From Camelus ferus (taxonomy: Eukaryota), in contig NC_045697.1 of the NCBI RefSeq assembly GCF_009834535.1, forward strand, positions 49,664,001 to 49,728,000: a stretch of DNA of 64,000 nucleotides, in the 5' to 3' direction. A model generated the notes under the pieces. The model ran no database searches, had not been told where the DNA came from, and worked only from the letters and a program-made list of their open reading frames with translations. A program made the position numbers and the translations under genes. Shown one piece after another: positions 63,505 to 64,000 of this stretch (positions are counted from its first letter, which is position 1; every line of letters starts with the position of its first letter).

Positions 63505-64000
63505 TGATGACATGGATAGACCTAGAGGGTATTATGTTAAGTGAGATAAGTCAGACAGAGGAAGACAAACACTGTATGACTTCACTTATATGTGGAATCT
63601 AGAAAAAAAAAAGAAAAAACATAAAGCAGAAAGAGAATTATAGATACAGAGAACAAACAGGTGGTTGCCAGAGGGGAGGACGAGGAAAGAAACAGGTGAA
63701 GGAGTAAGAGTTACAAACTTCCAGTTATAAAATAAACAAATCACGCGTATGAAATGTACAATGTGGGGAAAATAGTCAATAGCTATGTAATGTCTTTGTA
63801 TGGTGATATATCATAACTAGACTTATTGTGGTGATCAGTTTGAAATATATAAAAATATAGAATCACTATGTTGTGTAACAGGAACTAACATAGTGTTACA
63901 GGTGAATAACAGTTCAAAAAAAACCAAAGAAACTCATAGAAAAAAAGTTCAGATTGTGGTTATCAGAGGCAAGGGATGAGGGGAGGGAGAACTGGATGAA
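63505..64000 (+). mobile_element. L1 3' end (L1MA/L1_Art-like), runs off the window
   Basis: acatggatagacctagagggtattatgttaagtgagataagtcagacagagg... Confidence 0.85.

Overview
Mammalian genomic DNA, most likely a camelid (inferred from Vic-1-like tRNA-derived SINEs and young L1 3' ends). It covers the CDKL2-ODAPH-THAP6 block. Plus strand: 11 phase-compatible coding exons of CDKL2 (4455-21916, 513 aa; the first coding exon lies upstream of the window), followed by a 3'UTR intron and a non-coding last exon. Minus strand: a complete two-exon ODAPH/C4orf26 enamel gene (42660-42594 + 36552-36125, 164 aa) and the last coding exon of THAP6 (58826-58572). The rest is intronic/intergenic sequence rich in L1, L2, MIR, MaLR/ERVL LTRs, an ERVL RT fossil, a Charlie1 hAT fossil and microsatellites. 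Most notable observations: (1) a SINE with a target-site duplication sits inside the ODAPH coding exon and supplies its last ~14 residues and stop codon, just downstream of an RAKR furin-type site; (2) a 25-bp-stem hairpin inside a MER21 LTR, probably made by template switching; (3) a ~570-bp inversion in an old L1 bounded by perfect 28-bp inverted duplications; (4) a young L1 inserted into a CDKL2 3' splice-site region, with the TSD preserving the branch point; (5) AP-1/RUNX/octamer motif clusters upstream of ODAPH. Gene and repeat family names come from recognising the sequence, not from database searches.
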